Origin: Octopus vulgaris
Lineage: Eukaryota
Direction of reading: 5' to 3'
DNA length: 64,000 nucleotides
Assembly (NCBI GenBank): GCA_951406725.2
Contig: OX597830.1
Span: 52,576,001 to 52,640,000, forward strand
Part shown: positions 37,066-50,769 of the stretch, piece by piece
Position numbering within the stretch: position 1 is the stretch's first letter
Layout of the letters: every line of letters starts with the position of its first letter
Notes under the pieces: generated by a model
What the model was told of the DNA's origin: nothing
What the model saw: only the letters and a program-made list of their open reading frames with translations
Database searches by the model: none
Position numbers and translations under genes: made by a program

Positions 37066-39953
37066 TATAATTTTTATATATATATAAAAGCCAGTGCTTT
37101 AGTATGGCTGCAAAGTCAGTGCTCCAGCATGACTGAAACAAGTAAAAGAATGTATATATAATGTAGTGCACACATACACTGATGTAGATGTTACTTTTGT
37201 CAGTTTTGTCAGAGTCACTCAAATGCCATTCTTCACACCTTTCATTGCATCATGTGCCTAATTTGTAAATGTGTGTGTGTGTGTGTTTGTATGGGTAGGT
37301 ATCTGTTTATTGATCACCGTCTGCTTTACATATTGGCATGTGTTGGACAGTTCAGCTGGATCTGACAAACCAGAAAGCTACACTGGGCTCCAGTTGTCTA
37401 TTTTGGCAGGTTTGCTGTGGCTAGATGCCCTTCCCTAACACCAACCACTTTACAGAGTGTACTGGCTGCTTTTTACAAGGCACCAGGAGAAGTGCTTTTT
37501 ACAAGGCACCAGCACAGATGCTTCCTACATGGTACCAGAACTGGTGCTTTTTATGTAGAACTGGCACAAGTGCTTTTTATGTAGAACTGGCACAAGTGCT
37601 TTTTACGTGGCACCAGCAGGACTACCAAATAGCTTGCAAAACAAAGACCTCTCAGCTGAAAGAGGAAACCAAGGGAAGTGGCTGTGAACTATAGAAGGGA
37701 TACTTGGCTGTGCCAGAAAGACAGGGAAGGAGAGGAAGGGAAGAGAGAAAGTTAGAGGAAGATAGAGACAGTCAGAGTGAGGGCGAGAAAAACAGATGGG
37801 TGTTTGAGGATGTATTGAGGCCTATCTACAGGGAACAGTGGGGGAGTATAAATAGTACAAAACGGATAGAGGGGGGATATTCCATAAGAGTGTGAGGGGA
37901 GATGGCTAGAGATGGGCAAGACATGGCTGTAGCAAGTGATGGTGAGAGAAAATGGAGTGGCTGGGAGTGGGAGAAGATGTAGTAGATATGTTAGAGTATA
38001 GAGAGAGTGCAGATTAACACATGGGGGTGCGGAATGGAGGGAGCCTTCAATGGGTGATCATAGGTAGTGGGATGAGATGAAATGTTGGAAAGATGGGTTG
38101 TAGGGGTGTTTTGACTGAGGACAGATTATGTGTGTGTGTGTATGTGTGTTAGTGGCGAGGGGACATGATTGTAAAGAACCATGCCTGTATGTATGACTGC
38201 AATTTCACTGAACTCAATGTATCTTCTCATGCACAGCAAATTTCCAGAGATTGCAGTACCTTGTCATTTCTCTGAGGCTCAACTTCTGAAAATCATTTCT
38301 CACCACTTTCTCCCATATTTTTCTGGGTCTATCCTTTCCACAGGTTCCCTCCACAATGAGAGGTCATCTTTTTTTTTTTTTATGCAGCTGTCTTCATCCA
38401 TATGCATCACGTCTTCTCTCAAGGTTCATGAACTGAACCTTGGTGGACTCCTACCTGTATGCTAAATTCATGGCAACAACTACACCAGATATCACATCTT
38501 AGCACTGCACCAACTGTATATCTGTTTACTGTTGGTGAAGCCTGTATTTTGTGGACCAAGCTTATAACTGGTATATCATTTATCCTCACATTTGTTAGAT
38601 TAAAGGTTACATCTTAATTCTATCTCTCTCTCTCTCATCTACTTTAATGTATCCCCTGCAAAGATGCAAAGTGACTTATCCCTTTTTCCCCTTATGTTTA
38701 CTACATGCTCTCTGCCCTCTTCATAAACATATTTCTATTGGTATTCATTATATCTTTTAATTAACCCTTTCTTCAACACTTTCATCCTTGACAGTTATGG
38801 AATTTTAATTTATATCTTGGACTTTTATCCCATTATTATATTATAAGATAATAGATTATAATACAGAAATGTTTGTCATTAACTTATTATTTCATTAAAT
38901 CCTCTCATAATTCCCCATTGATTCTCATTTTGTGTGTGTGTGTCAATTGTCATATGAAGGAGAAAAAGATAAGTTCTGATCTGATTTCTAGAAGTAGTAA
39001 CAACAACAACAACAACAACAACAATAATAATAATAATAATAATAATAGTTGTTGTTATTATTATATCTCTGTGTTCTGAGTTCAAATTCTATAGTGGTCA
39101 ACTTTGCCTTTCATCCTTCCGGGGTCAATAAATTAAGTACCAGTGAAACACTGGAGTTGATGTATTCAACCAGTCCCCTCCCCTCAAATTTCAGGCCTTG
39201 TGCCTTTAATAGAAAGGATTATTATTATTATCACCATCACCATCATCATAATCATTATTATTATTATTTGGTTTGACTCTGGTTCCTATTTCAAATTTTA
39301 TGGAATTATATTTTATTTGGTTTTTTTTTTGTTTTCTTTCTTTTCGATCCATGATGGGTTGAATAGCAAGCAACTTCACTTTTCCTTATCTATAATCATT
39401 ATGTCTGGTCTATTATTTTCTAACTTCATCTGCATTTGAATAGGAAAGTCCCACTAAAATCTTACATTTTTCCGACTCCAGTACTCTTTCAACTCATGGA
39501 TTGTGCCATGTGTTTCCAGCTTCAAATCCCCATTTCCAATTCGTGCCTCCATTTCTTACATTCGTCCTGTGCCAACTTGGGGATATTCTGTCATAGTGTG
39601 TGCAATTGTCTTGTTCCAAGTTCCATAGGCTCTCAAGACATGAAGGGCAACATCAAAGAATGCAATACAACACAAGTTATAATAATAATGATTAAGGATG
39701 ATGATGATGATGATAGTAATTCCAAATTTTGGTGCAAGGCCAGTAATTTGAAAGGAAGCGGGTATTTGGAAACACTGACTACTGTACTTAACTGGTACTT
39801 TATTTTATCAACCCTGAAAAGATGAAAGGCAGAGTTGAACTCAGAAAATAAAGAGATGCAACTAAATATTCCAAAACATAAGGCTTGATACTCCACCAAT
39901 TTTGTTGTTCTAATATTTCAAACAAACAAAAAAAAAGCATTATTATTATTATT

Positions 39954-40046
39954 CAGGTCACTGTCTGGAATTGAACTTGGAATCTTGGGGTTAGTAGCCT
40001 GCGCTCTTAATCACTACACCATATGCCCATGGACATATGGCGTAGT
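39954..40046 (-). mobile_element. Short tRNA-like SINE or tRNA pseudogene with an (AAT)n tail and a small inverted duplication of its head
   Basis: Reverse complement ggcatatggtgtagtgattaagagcgc..aagttcaattcc; the head is repeated in inverted form at 40031-40046. Confidence 0.65.
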
Positions 40047-40346
40047 TTCTGAACTTTACCAAAATCTCCAGAAAGTCTACAAAATTTCTTAAATTATTTT
40101 TGTATAAAATATGAGTGAACCTCTACATGGTTGCTTGACTTGTTAGACATAGCAGCCATACCTCTGTCAAATCATACCTTTGTTGCCGAAAGAATATCAG
40201 ATAGAGTATTCCTACATTCTTCTAGAAAAATACAGGATGGTCACAGCTGGAATACCCTTGATCATAGATCCACTGGATCAGATCTAACCTGGAGCTAAAC
40301 AACAACAACTAAATATATCTTTTAAGGTTTTATATCACTGAAGACT

Positions 40347-40609
40347 GTGGAGGCACGTGGCCTAGTGGTTAGGGTGTCAGCATCATGATCGTAAGGTTGT
40401 GGTTTCGATTCCTGGACCGGGTGACGCATTGTGTTCTTGAGCAAAACACTTCATTTCACGTTGCTCCAGTCCACTCAGCTGGTAAAAATGAGTAACGCTG
40501 CGATGGACTGGCATCCCGTCCAGGTGGGGAACACATTACACCATAGAAACCAGGAAACTAGACCCATGAGCCTGGCTAGGCTTTAAAAGGGCACATTTAT
40601 TTATTTTAT
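40347..40609 (+). mobile_element. CORE-like SINE (family D head), full length with TSD
   Basis: A box tggcctagtgg and B box ggtttcgattcc; TSD tatcactgaagact(g) at 40333-40347 and 40610-40624. Confidence 0.92.
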
Positions 40610-41970
40610 TATCACTGAAGACTGGCTCTTTGGATACACTTGTACTGTATTCTGGCAATGATGTCAATAACATCCTTTTTCCTTCTCTGGAGATCTTCCT
40701 TTAGCTAAGATAGAAAGAGAGGAGGAATACCTTAGTTTTTGCTGTTGTTGTTGTTTTTTCTAATAGGGTTGACATCACAAAAATGAAAGGGGTTAATCCC
40801 ATCACAACTGACCACATTTAATATTCTGTCTTTTTTTCTTTCTTTTAGACATCATAAAGATTAATTAACAAACAGCATTAACTTTTGTAGACAATTAACT
40901 GTAAATAGCTTTGTCTGATAACAATTAATTAATGGAGTATATTAATTTACTGTAATACAATGAGGTAATAGGAGTGGGAGCTAGAGTTAGCACTGTCTCT
41001 CTCTCTCTCTCTCACCACCACAACCACCATCATCATCACCATCATTGAACATATAAAAACTTCACAGTGACAAAGAGCAAACGATTTAGTTAATACCTTC
41101 CTACAGATTGACTTGTGTTGGTGTGAGTATCCGTATGTAAAAGGTGTCGTTGCATATGTGCACGGTATGCATGCATTCATGTGCACCAAGCCGCTATAGC
41201 GTGCGCTGTCATCAGATGTTAAGTAATTTTTAATTACATCAGCCACGTAACATCTGTTCTTGAAATGTCAAACAAATACAAACGTTATCATGATTAAGAT
41301 CACACACACACACACATGCATATGCATGCTAGCACATACACACACTCATAGCTGGCTCACACATGGATGCCAACACTTATACACCCACACTCACACACAT
41401 CATATATATATATATGTATATATATACACACACCTACTAGCTTAGCTATTCTCTCTCTCTCTCACATACACACACACACATGCACACACACACACACACA
41501 CACGTGTTTGCGTAAAGAATCTTTACCAGATCTTTATGAAAATGAATGTTGATGTTTTACTGGGTTTCCTCTTTGTTGTATTGTCTAAGGGTCAATTCAT
41601 CCTGATGGAGCCCTTCATGTATTGAGATGAAACCAAATTCTGTTTGGTGGGAAGAGGGTGAGAAAACAAAATTCGCATAGTCATCACTATAATAATTATA
41701 ATACAAGGTCACAAGTTAGATGTAGTGTGGGATTAGTTGATTAAATCATTGTCATCACATCATTGTAATCATCATCATCACTGTTGTTGTTGCCACTGCT
41801 GTGCTCATTGTTATCCTTTTTACATCTATTTTTCCATGCTGGCATGGGTTGGTTGGAACTTTAGAAGCATTGTTTTATGGACAAATGTTCTTTCTGATGC
41901 CAGTGCTTTTAGTCACCTCATTTGACCTTGCAGGAATACTATGTGCTTATTCTGTAAACATCTCCTAGAG

Positions 41971-44213
41971 CAGGGGGTCACCAGACTTTTTCACAGTGGG
42001 CCAGATAATTGAGATTATGACGAGCATGGGCCCCATAATCATTTTGTTCAATAATGTATAGTGAATACACAAAAACTAAAGACAACCAACATATTTATTT
42101 ACCAAAAAGTTATCAAATAAGGTAACATTAGCAATAATGTTATATATCACACCCAGTGCGCACATATTTGAATCTCACAAACTAAGCAGCAAAAAAAAGG
42201 TTCATGAGATTTGTGAAACTGGTGTTTAGCTTTTAAGATATCATCAATATTTGCTTTGGAATTGCTGCATCCAACCAAGAGAATTGCTTTCAAATGTTCA
42301 TTAGTCAACCTCGTTCGATTCGCTGACTTTACATTCTTCATTTTTGAAAATGTTTGCTCCCTGACATAAGTTGTTCCAAACACTGATGCCATACCAGAGA
42401 CAAATTTCTTAAACTTTGAAAACTTATCAGGTAAGCAGCGATAAAATTCAACTCGTTTTCCTTGTCTATGCTTCTCTTTCAACAAGTCATTTGCTTGCAA
42501 ATCAATGAGCACCGACTGTGGTTCGACTGGCATGTCACCAAGGTTACAGTTGAACAGATTCTGGAACAGAAGAATGTTACTCTCAATTCTGTCGAGATCT
42601 GAAAATCTCTCCAAAACATGTTCATTTAAGTCACAAATAATAATCTTCAGAAACTCATGGTTGACATTGTTGGATTTTTCATAGACATGGCATAAAAAAA
42701 ATAACCAATGTTTCAAAGGAGTGAGTGTCGTGGAGTTTAGTCACATCCCACAAACACTAAAGTTTTTCCCAAAATCCAGGGTTTCTATAACTGCTCAACT
42801 TGACTTTAAAGAATCAAAATCACATAAAAATATTCTTTAACTAATTCTTAGAATTCCTATATGAGCAGTTATATCAACCAATGGGAAAACAATAATCATA
42901 TTTCTTCGGCAATATGACATTACGTCATATTGCCAGCTACCACAAATTGGCACTACTATTTGAAAATGGCTACACGCTACAACATCAGCAATTTCAGTGT
43001 GAAATTCCTTGAAACACTGAAATTGAGAGAAGTTTTCTCCTTCCAGTTGTGCTTCAAACAACGATAACTTTGTCCAAAATCCTTTGATGATTCTGTAGAG
43101 ATCACAGATAAGGTTATCCTTTCCCTGAAGTTTCAAATTCAATTCATTCATGAGGGATGTGGTGTCAACCAAAAAAGGACAACTCTGACAGCCAGGTAGG
43201 ATCTGACAGAAATGCGTCAGCTCTATCCTTTTCGGTGAGAAAAATATCTATTTCTCTTTGGAGCTTATAAAAATGAAACAGGACTTTAATGCAGCTGAGT
43301 CAGCTCACTCCTGTGTGATGAGGCAAGTCACAGAATTCAGAATCAATTTTTTCAGGAAATGTCTGGAACTGGCAGTGATTAATGGCTTGGCTCCAAATGA
43401 AATTCACTGCAGAAACAACTGCTTTCAGTACACAAGAAATATCTAAGTCTTTCCCACAGAGTGCTTGCTGATGTATAATGCAGTATGTAAACAGAGCGCC
43501 CAAGACTTGAAAATCTTCAGACTTAGTCCTGTTCTGCCCCACCAGACCCTTCCTCACCAACCATGTTTTTTCCTCCATTTACTGATTCCACTGTAATCAA
43601 AGCTGATTCCACTGACGGTTATAGCCTTACAAAGTTTTCTGCACTTGGCTGAAAATGTCTTCTCTAGTTGTTGTTCCGTGCATGCTGCAAATAGATGCTA
43701 ACTCTTCTTTGATCTGAAAGTCCAAATTAAAACCACAAATGAACATGAGAAGTTGTGATGTACCTGAGAGATCAGTATACTCATCCAGTGTCCAGAGAAT
43801 ACCACAAGAAGTTCCTCGCTTTCTTGTGTATCTGTAGCACTGTGTTCTCTCCAAGGTCTTCTGTTCTCCGCACAACTGAATGTGCTGAAAGGCTGATACT
43901 TCCAAACAAATCAACTTTAGACATTTGCTACTTCCATCATACAGTCTTTGATGAAGTTGCCATCAGTAAACAGCTTTCCTCGCTCTGCCATCTTATGCAC
44001 TATTTTGTAACTTGCACAAGTGACAGATTCATTTTCAGTAAACATTCTTGTGAAGAGAATGTTTAAACATGGCAGTGCAAGTTAAAACATGATTGCTGCA
44101 AGAATGAACTCTCAATGCAAGTACTTACGCAAAAGGTGGAGTGTGGTGGCATGCTGGATGAACTGACCTTGTGGACCAGTTCTGGCCCATAGGCTGTAGT
44201 TTGGTGACTACTG
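41971..44213 (-). mobile_element. hAT DNA transposon, Buster/SPIN/GTF2IRD2-like, with decayed transposase
   Basis: TIRs cagggggtcaccagact / agtttggtgactactg; 8-bp TSD tcctagag / ccctaaag with central TA; transposase motifs LDEYTD..QLLMFI, CIIHQQALC, NELNLKLQG and SVFGTTYVREQTFSKMK in shifted frames. Confidence 0.9.
42668..42981. mobile_element. 314-bp solo-LTR-like insertion inside the hAT transposase
   Basis: TG..CA termini (tgttg..ctaca); 4-bp TSD acat at 42664-42667 and 42982-42985; removing it restores the frame EIADV-NHEFLK. Confidence 0.7.
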
Positions 44214-44468
44214 CCCTAAAGGATGAAAGGCAATGTTGACCTCAGTGGTGTTTGAACTCGGAACATAAAGACAGACGAATGCCACAAAAGCATTTTGTCT
44301 AGCATGCAAATGATTCTGCCAGCTTGCTTCCTCTCCTTTCTGCTATAGGTGGCACAAGGCATCGAATTTTGGTGGAGGGGTGGGGCTAGTTGAATACATC
44401 AACTCCTGGTGCTCACCTGATACTTATCTCCTTGACTCTGAAAGGAGGCAAGGCTAAGATGATCTCTA

Positions 44469-44740
44469 AGATGCCCTTCCTAACGCCAACCAATCTGTGA
44501 GTGTAGTGGGTGTAGTGGGTGTTTTTTACATGCCACCAGCACAGGGGCCAGAGTAGGCTGGCAAACAGCCACGATCGGTTGGTGCTTTTACAAGTCACCA
44601 ACACGGATGCCAGCCAGGCGGCGCTGGTATCTACCACGTTCGGACGGTGCTTTTTACGTGTCACCTGCACGGATGTCTTAACTACAATTTCCATTTGAAT
44701 TTTTATTTCGATGTTGATGTACTTGACTCAATAAGTCTCC
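44469..44740 (-). mobile_element. RTE 3'-UTR fragment with tandem units
   Basis: gatgcccttcctaacgccaacc followed by three ggtg(c/t)tttttac units. Confidence 0.8.
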
Positions 44741-45434
44741 TCGATTACTAATAATACTAATGATTTCAACTTTTTGGCGCAAGGCCAGCTATTTTGGGGC
44801 AAGGGATAAGTCAATTACATCAGCCCCAGTACTCAAATGGTACTTATTGACCCTGAAAGGATGAAAAGCAAATTCAACCCCAGCGGCATATGAACTCAGA
44901 CTGTTAAGATGGACGAAAAACTGCTTAGCATTTTGCCTGGTGCGATAATGATTCTGCCAGCTCACCACTTTATTAATAATAACAATAATAATAACTGTTT
45001 TGTTTATTCACCAGTTAATGTCGAGGACAAATGTTTATCTGTTGAGGAAGACAAGCCGAGACTTCCATTTTGGTATTGGTCTGGTGTAAAAATATTTTGC
45101 TAAGGGAATAAAGATTCTTTTTTTTTTTTCATAAATTTAGAGTGACACTTGTCTTATAAAGTGTTCAGTGTTAACAGATAAGGTTTTATGTCAAGTAATT
45201 CTTATATCACACAAGGAGCATTCTCTATCTAGATATGTGTGTATACACATGTATGTATGTATGTATATGTATATATGTGTGTACATGTGTCTGTATGTAT
45301 ATATGTGTATGCATATATATATATATATATGACACTATGTGTGTGTCTAATTCATGCTAGCATTGAACATGGACATCAGTTGATGACAATATATTTGCAT
45401 GTATGCATATCTATGTACATGTATGTATATCTAA

Positions 45435-45485
<51 letters not shown>

Positions 45486-46209
45486 ATTTATATATATTTA
45501 TGTGTAATGTGTATGTGTGTGTGAGAGAGAAAGTTCACTCTTAGTACTACTGGTAACATTTAACCCAAGACAACATGTTGTCTGGTCAGGCCATTAACAA
45601 CTGAACTGGCAATACTATAGAGTCTGCTTGGTAAGAAACTTGGTTTTCATTGGACACCCTACAGGAGGTAAAACGAAACCAGTTTAAGGATGGATGAACT
45701 CTATAGAATCTTCAGCCATCCAACAAATGAGTATGTGTGACTCCTGTCCACTGGGCATGAAGGACCCCTAGTTCTCATTAGAATTTACTTGTAGGAGAAA
45801 GTAAACTTGTATAAAAACATGAGGAAAAGTTGGTCTTCTGGTCATTTCCACCTCTGTTGGGCCACTGGTGTTATTGCTGATTCTGCCGAAACATCCATTC
45901 AAAGCAGATTCACAGACATGAGCTTCTTGCCTTCTCAGAATGGTACCTGGACATACAGTAAAAGTCCTACAGCGATGGGAGCGCAGAGAAACATACAGGC
46001 CTAACAACTTGGGCCATTGGTTGCATCATCTTCAGATGTGGCAATGGAGGGATTTGGCAGCAGCACCGTGAGTGCTTAGCAACCATTTTCAGGGATAGCC
46101 CTGCTCACTTGCTGGCAGGAGGGACCTAGAAAAGGTACTTCTACAATGTGTGTGTGTGTATATACATACGCAATCGAGAACAGTTGCCATATTCCCTTCC
46201 ATATAAGCT

Positions 46210-46292
46210 AACTCTGATGAGCATAAGGTTATATAATTAGATTGTTACCTAATACTCCATTGTATTCCTTGCACGAAACCAATTGGTAAGAT
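46210..46292 (+). ncRNA. Type I hammerhead ribozyme motif with long stem II
   Basis: CTGATGA (46214)-gcataagg..ccttgcac-GAAAC-caattg-GTA (46286-46288)-ag. Stem III is the palindrome ACCAATTGGT. Confidence 0.7.
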
Positions 46293-49009
46293 CAACCATG
46301 ATGGCTATATAATACTATATATTTCAGATAATATAAATATATATATATACATACACACACATACACATACATACCCACATGCTTCTCTCTTTCTCTCTCC
46401 CCCACCCACGTACACACTCAGAAATAACACCACTACTCCTTCCATACTTGAGTCTTTCACAAAGATTTATTTCCATTTTTTTCTTTAAAAAATGTGTGTT
46501 GGTGTTTATGTAATTGTATGTTAACATGTGTATATGTGAGAGTGTATGTATATTACTGTGTGCGTGTATGTGTATGTTTGTATGTATGTTGGAGGGATTT
46601 GAAAGTTAATTTGCTGAATAAATTAAAATGTTTTTCTTAATTCTGACTATTTTGGTTTTAGAAAAAGAGACAATTATAGTAGAAGACACTCAATATTTTT
46701 TTGTGTGTGTGAGAGAGAGAGAGAGAGAGATTGTTGAAATGCTTGAGTGGAGGCATGTAGATATGTGCTGTGTACAAGAGGGACTCAAAGACATTTTTGA
46801 TGTCCCACCCCTCTAAATGAAAAGTAAGATAAATCAGATTAAATTTGTGCCCTTTCACCCCTGCACCAAGGGATGACTGTAATCCCCGACCTCTGACCTC
46901 ATTTTCCCAGCCACACTATCTTTCTCTAATCTTTGCTATCTTGCTGGACAATAAGCTAATCAACAATGTTAATGACAAGACCACAGTGAAACCTCCTTGT
47001 GGTTAACCAATATGCTAGGCATAGCAGCTAAATTTTCTTCAAATCTCTCTTTACTGTCTTATAAAGGCCTAGCTTTTCCTCTTTCGGTATCTTATGCTGG
47101 TCATTTTATTGTTTGGTGTATTATGTCTTTTCCGAGGAATATCTGCACTTCATTGTTTCTTCATCAGTTCTAGACACTCCAAATGACAAAGACAAGAGGA
47201 AGATCTTTGATAATATACCTTTAATTATATCTAGATCCACTCAATAATTGCTGGTCAGGAAACTAAACACTAATATCAACAACAGCATCATGGAAATGGG
47301 GAATCTTTATCAAAGACAAAATTCTTCGATTTGATTTTGGTAGATTTCCAAAGTACTTCTTTCATCCACCTTCCTTTTTCTCTCCCGCACTCGTAAAGCA
47401 CCTCTTGCCAAATTCTACAAATTCTCCAGTTTTCACTCTCATTCGAGGGTTGTTTTGTTTTTCTTGTTTTCTTACTACCCTGCAACATGAACTGGAACCT
47501 TAGAATGAAGTTCCAAACTTGTAACTTGTATCTGATTGCATCCAAAAATAATAAAACTATTTTCATTTCCACAACTAATTCAATTCTTGAAAATTTTTGG
47601 CACACCTCCCACTCCATAGACTACTTTCTGGTATAAAAACACGTTTATGGCTACAATTCTTCACTCTAATTAGAGAATGCCTTTATCTTTTTCTATCATT
47701 TTTCTTTTTTTTTATCTTTTTTTTTTTCTTTTTTTCTTTTTAACACTTTCAATTGAAAGTTGAAGAAATTCTTTTTGCTGTCTCATCTACAAACCCAGTT
47801 TCAGGCTGCTGATGGAATATGTGTACTTTGTAGTTGTGCTATAAATACCAGACAGAAATATCATAACAAAATGATTTCTTCAAGCTTTCTCACCTGAAAT
47901 TGAAAGAAAAGGATTACCACAAAATCTAAGACAACTTCTTGTGAAGCTCTGTCTCTAGATTGGAGATTTCCAACTTGTTTTAGTTCACCTATAATTCTAC
48001 CTCCTTACCTTAAAACTACAGTAAACACCTGAGCTTTTCCTTTGAGCTACAATAAATACTTGTACCTTACCTTAGAACTACAGTAAACACAAACCTTGCC
48101 TTAGACCTGAGTCCACCTAAGTTGACTTTTACTACCAAAATTTCAATCATGCATGGAATGAAAACCCCTCAAAGTTGCTATAAAGGCCAGACCCCATTGT
48201 CTTGTGATCATTTTTACCCCTGAGCCTACATTTTACAACGGGGTGGCACTTATTCATGCATTCACACAATGGGATAGTGCTTATCCATCCACACACATAC
48301 ACACCAAATAATGCCAACAATCCACCATTAAGACCATAAAATTCATTCTAACCTTCAATCACAGCAAATTCATTTAAAGCAGAAAACGGTAATTATTGTA
48401 GAAGTCAGTTTTAGTCCTGACTAAGGTGTAATGAGAAAAAAAGGTAGGTGTGTGGTGAGATGAGCAGATGGGTGGGTGAGTAGGTGTATGATGGGGTGGG
48501 TGCATGGGTGTTGTGATAGGTATGTAGCTATGTGCAGTGAAGCATATAGTTGTGTGTTCAGATAGCTAGATGTGTAGTGAGGTAGGCAGGTGCATAATGA
48601 GGTGTGAATATGCTGAGGTGGGTAGGTGTGTGTTGAAGTATGTGAGTGTGTACTGAGAGATAGATAGGTAGGTATTTTCTTTTACCACTTACTAAGTCCA
48701 CCAAAACCATTCCTTCTCCTCCTCACTCCCCCCCCCCGCACTGTAAGTGTCTCCGGTGGAAGATTTCTTCATTCGGAGAAAGTTATCAGGAAACATTTTT
48801 TATTTTTTTTTTTTTTTTAACCTTTCTAGTTTGTTGTTGTTGGCAAACATTTACTGATTCATTCATAAAATCTCCTTCACAGTTGTTCCTCCGGCAACCT
48901 TGACTCTGTCTGTTGCTATTGGCACTGTTTTAACAATGTTTACTAACCACCTGCAAAATTTTGTTGCCGGAGAGTTTGGTGGCATTTAAAAAAAATTTAC
49001 TTATTTATT

Positions 49010-49073
49010 ATTACTTTTATTATTATTATTATTATTATGATTATTATTATTATTATTATTATTATTATCATCA

Positions 49074-49120
<47 letters not shown>
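49010..49120. repeat. (TAT)n trinucleotide microsatellite
   Basis: About 110 bp of tat/cat repeats. Confidence 0.95.
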
Positions 49121-49487
49121 AAGGTGGTGCGGGTGGCAAGTTGGCAGAATCATTAGTGCACCAAACAAAATGCATAGCAGCATTTTGTCCAATTTTATGT
49201 TCTGGGTTCAAATTCCACCAGGATCGACTTTCATCCTTTTGGGATCAATAAAAGAAGTACCAGTTGAGCACTGGGGTCGATATAATCGGCTTAGCTCCAC
49301 CCCTGAAATTTTCTGGCCTACTACCAAAATTGTCATAAAGTACATTGTACCATTGTCATAATGGTGGGGAGTTTACAGAATCATTTGGTGGCGGCGGTGG
49401 TGATACAAGCATGCACATAACTGCAAAACTAGGTGGGAAAAAATAGTACTCGAATACTGAAAGTAATGTGCTTTTATTAAATGATGT

Positions 49488-49983
49488 TGGTGCACTGCCT
49501 TGAAGAATTTTTAGTGGGATGTATCAACCCCAGTACTTATCTTTTAAAAGCCTGGTACTAATTCTATTGGTCTCTTTTGCAAAACTGTTAATTTACAGGG
49601 ACGTAAACACACCAGCACCGGGTATCAAGCGGTAGCGGAGGACAAACAGACAAAGACACATACATATGTATACAGGATGGTTGGTGTTAGGAAAGGAATC
49701 CAGCTGTAAAAACCCTGCCAAAACAGACACAGAAGTCTGGTGCAGTCTTCTGCCTGGCCAGCTCCTGTCAAACCATCCAACCCATGCCAGCATCGAAGGC
49801 AGATGTTAAATGACGATAATGATTATGATATAGACTTCTTTCAGTTCCTATCTAAGAAATCCACTCGCAAGGCTTTGGTCAGCCCGAGACTATAGTAAAA
49901 GACACTTGCCCAAGGTATCCTGCAGTGGGACTGAACCCCAAACCATGTGGTTAGGAAAGAAATTTCTTACCACACAGCCACAC
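49488..49983 (-). mobile_element. SINE family A interrupted by a plus-strand RTE tail (49676-49828)
   Basis: Both halves flank ggttggtgttaggaaaggaatccagc..gttaaatgacgataatgat. Confidence 0.8.
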
Positions 49984-50723
49984 CTTTGATTCTTGTTTAA
50001 GAATAATAGAACTGGCTTCTTTTGGTTTCTGTCAACCAAATCCACTCACAAGACTTTGATTTGCTCAGGAGTAGACTACACTTGCTCGGGGTGCTATTGA
50101 GTGGGATTGAACCTAGGACCATGAGGCTGGGAAACAAACTTCTAACCACACAGCCATTCCTGGGTGGTGAAAGATGGAGTACCATAGGACCTAACCTAAA
50201 GTTAAACAATAACAAAAGGTAAATAAGATAATATGACCCTAGACACACTGCCTAAAATTGAAGACTGGATAGCCATGGCTGGAATACCTTTGATCATAGA
50301 TCTGCTGAGTCAGAGCTGACCAGCCAGAAATTGAATAACAGCTACAAGTTTCCTTGGTTTCTCACTGGCCTGATGGACCATGACCTACTCATTCCCCCAT
50401 CGACCCTAACACTTATATTCACTTCAAGTATATACTCTCCACTAAGTGATGTGCATCAGTGCATGATTATATACATGTTATGGAGTCAGAACAGAGAGGA
50501 AATTAAAAAGTACATAAAGATTTGAAATAGATTTGTTTGAAGCAGACAAATAGTTTAATAAGTTCACATTAGTGATCTATCAAATTGATGTTCAATAGAA
50601 TATAATAGTCTGTAGATTGATTCGGCTAAATTTGATGTTGTAGAGAATATTAGACAAAAATGTGGTACTGTTTAAAATGAACATCCCAATGTGACAATCA
50701 GTAGAATAAATAATGTATATATG

Positions 50724-50758
<35 letters not shown>

Positions 50759-50769
50759 TTGTATCTCAA

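Noticed and set aside
48889-48972. Pre-miRNA suggested by ctccggcaac / gttgccggag
   Set aside because: Only 10 bp pair and the 64-nt interior does not extend the stem.
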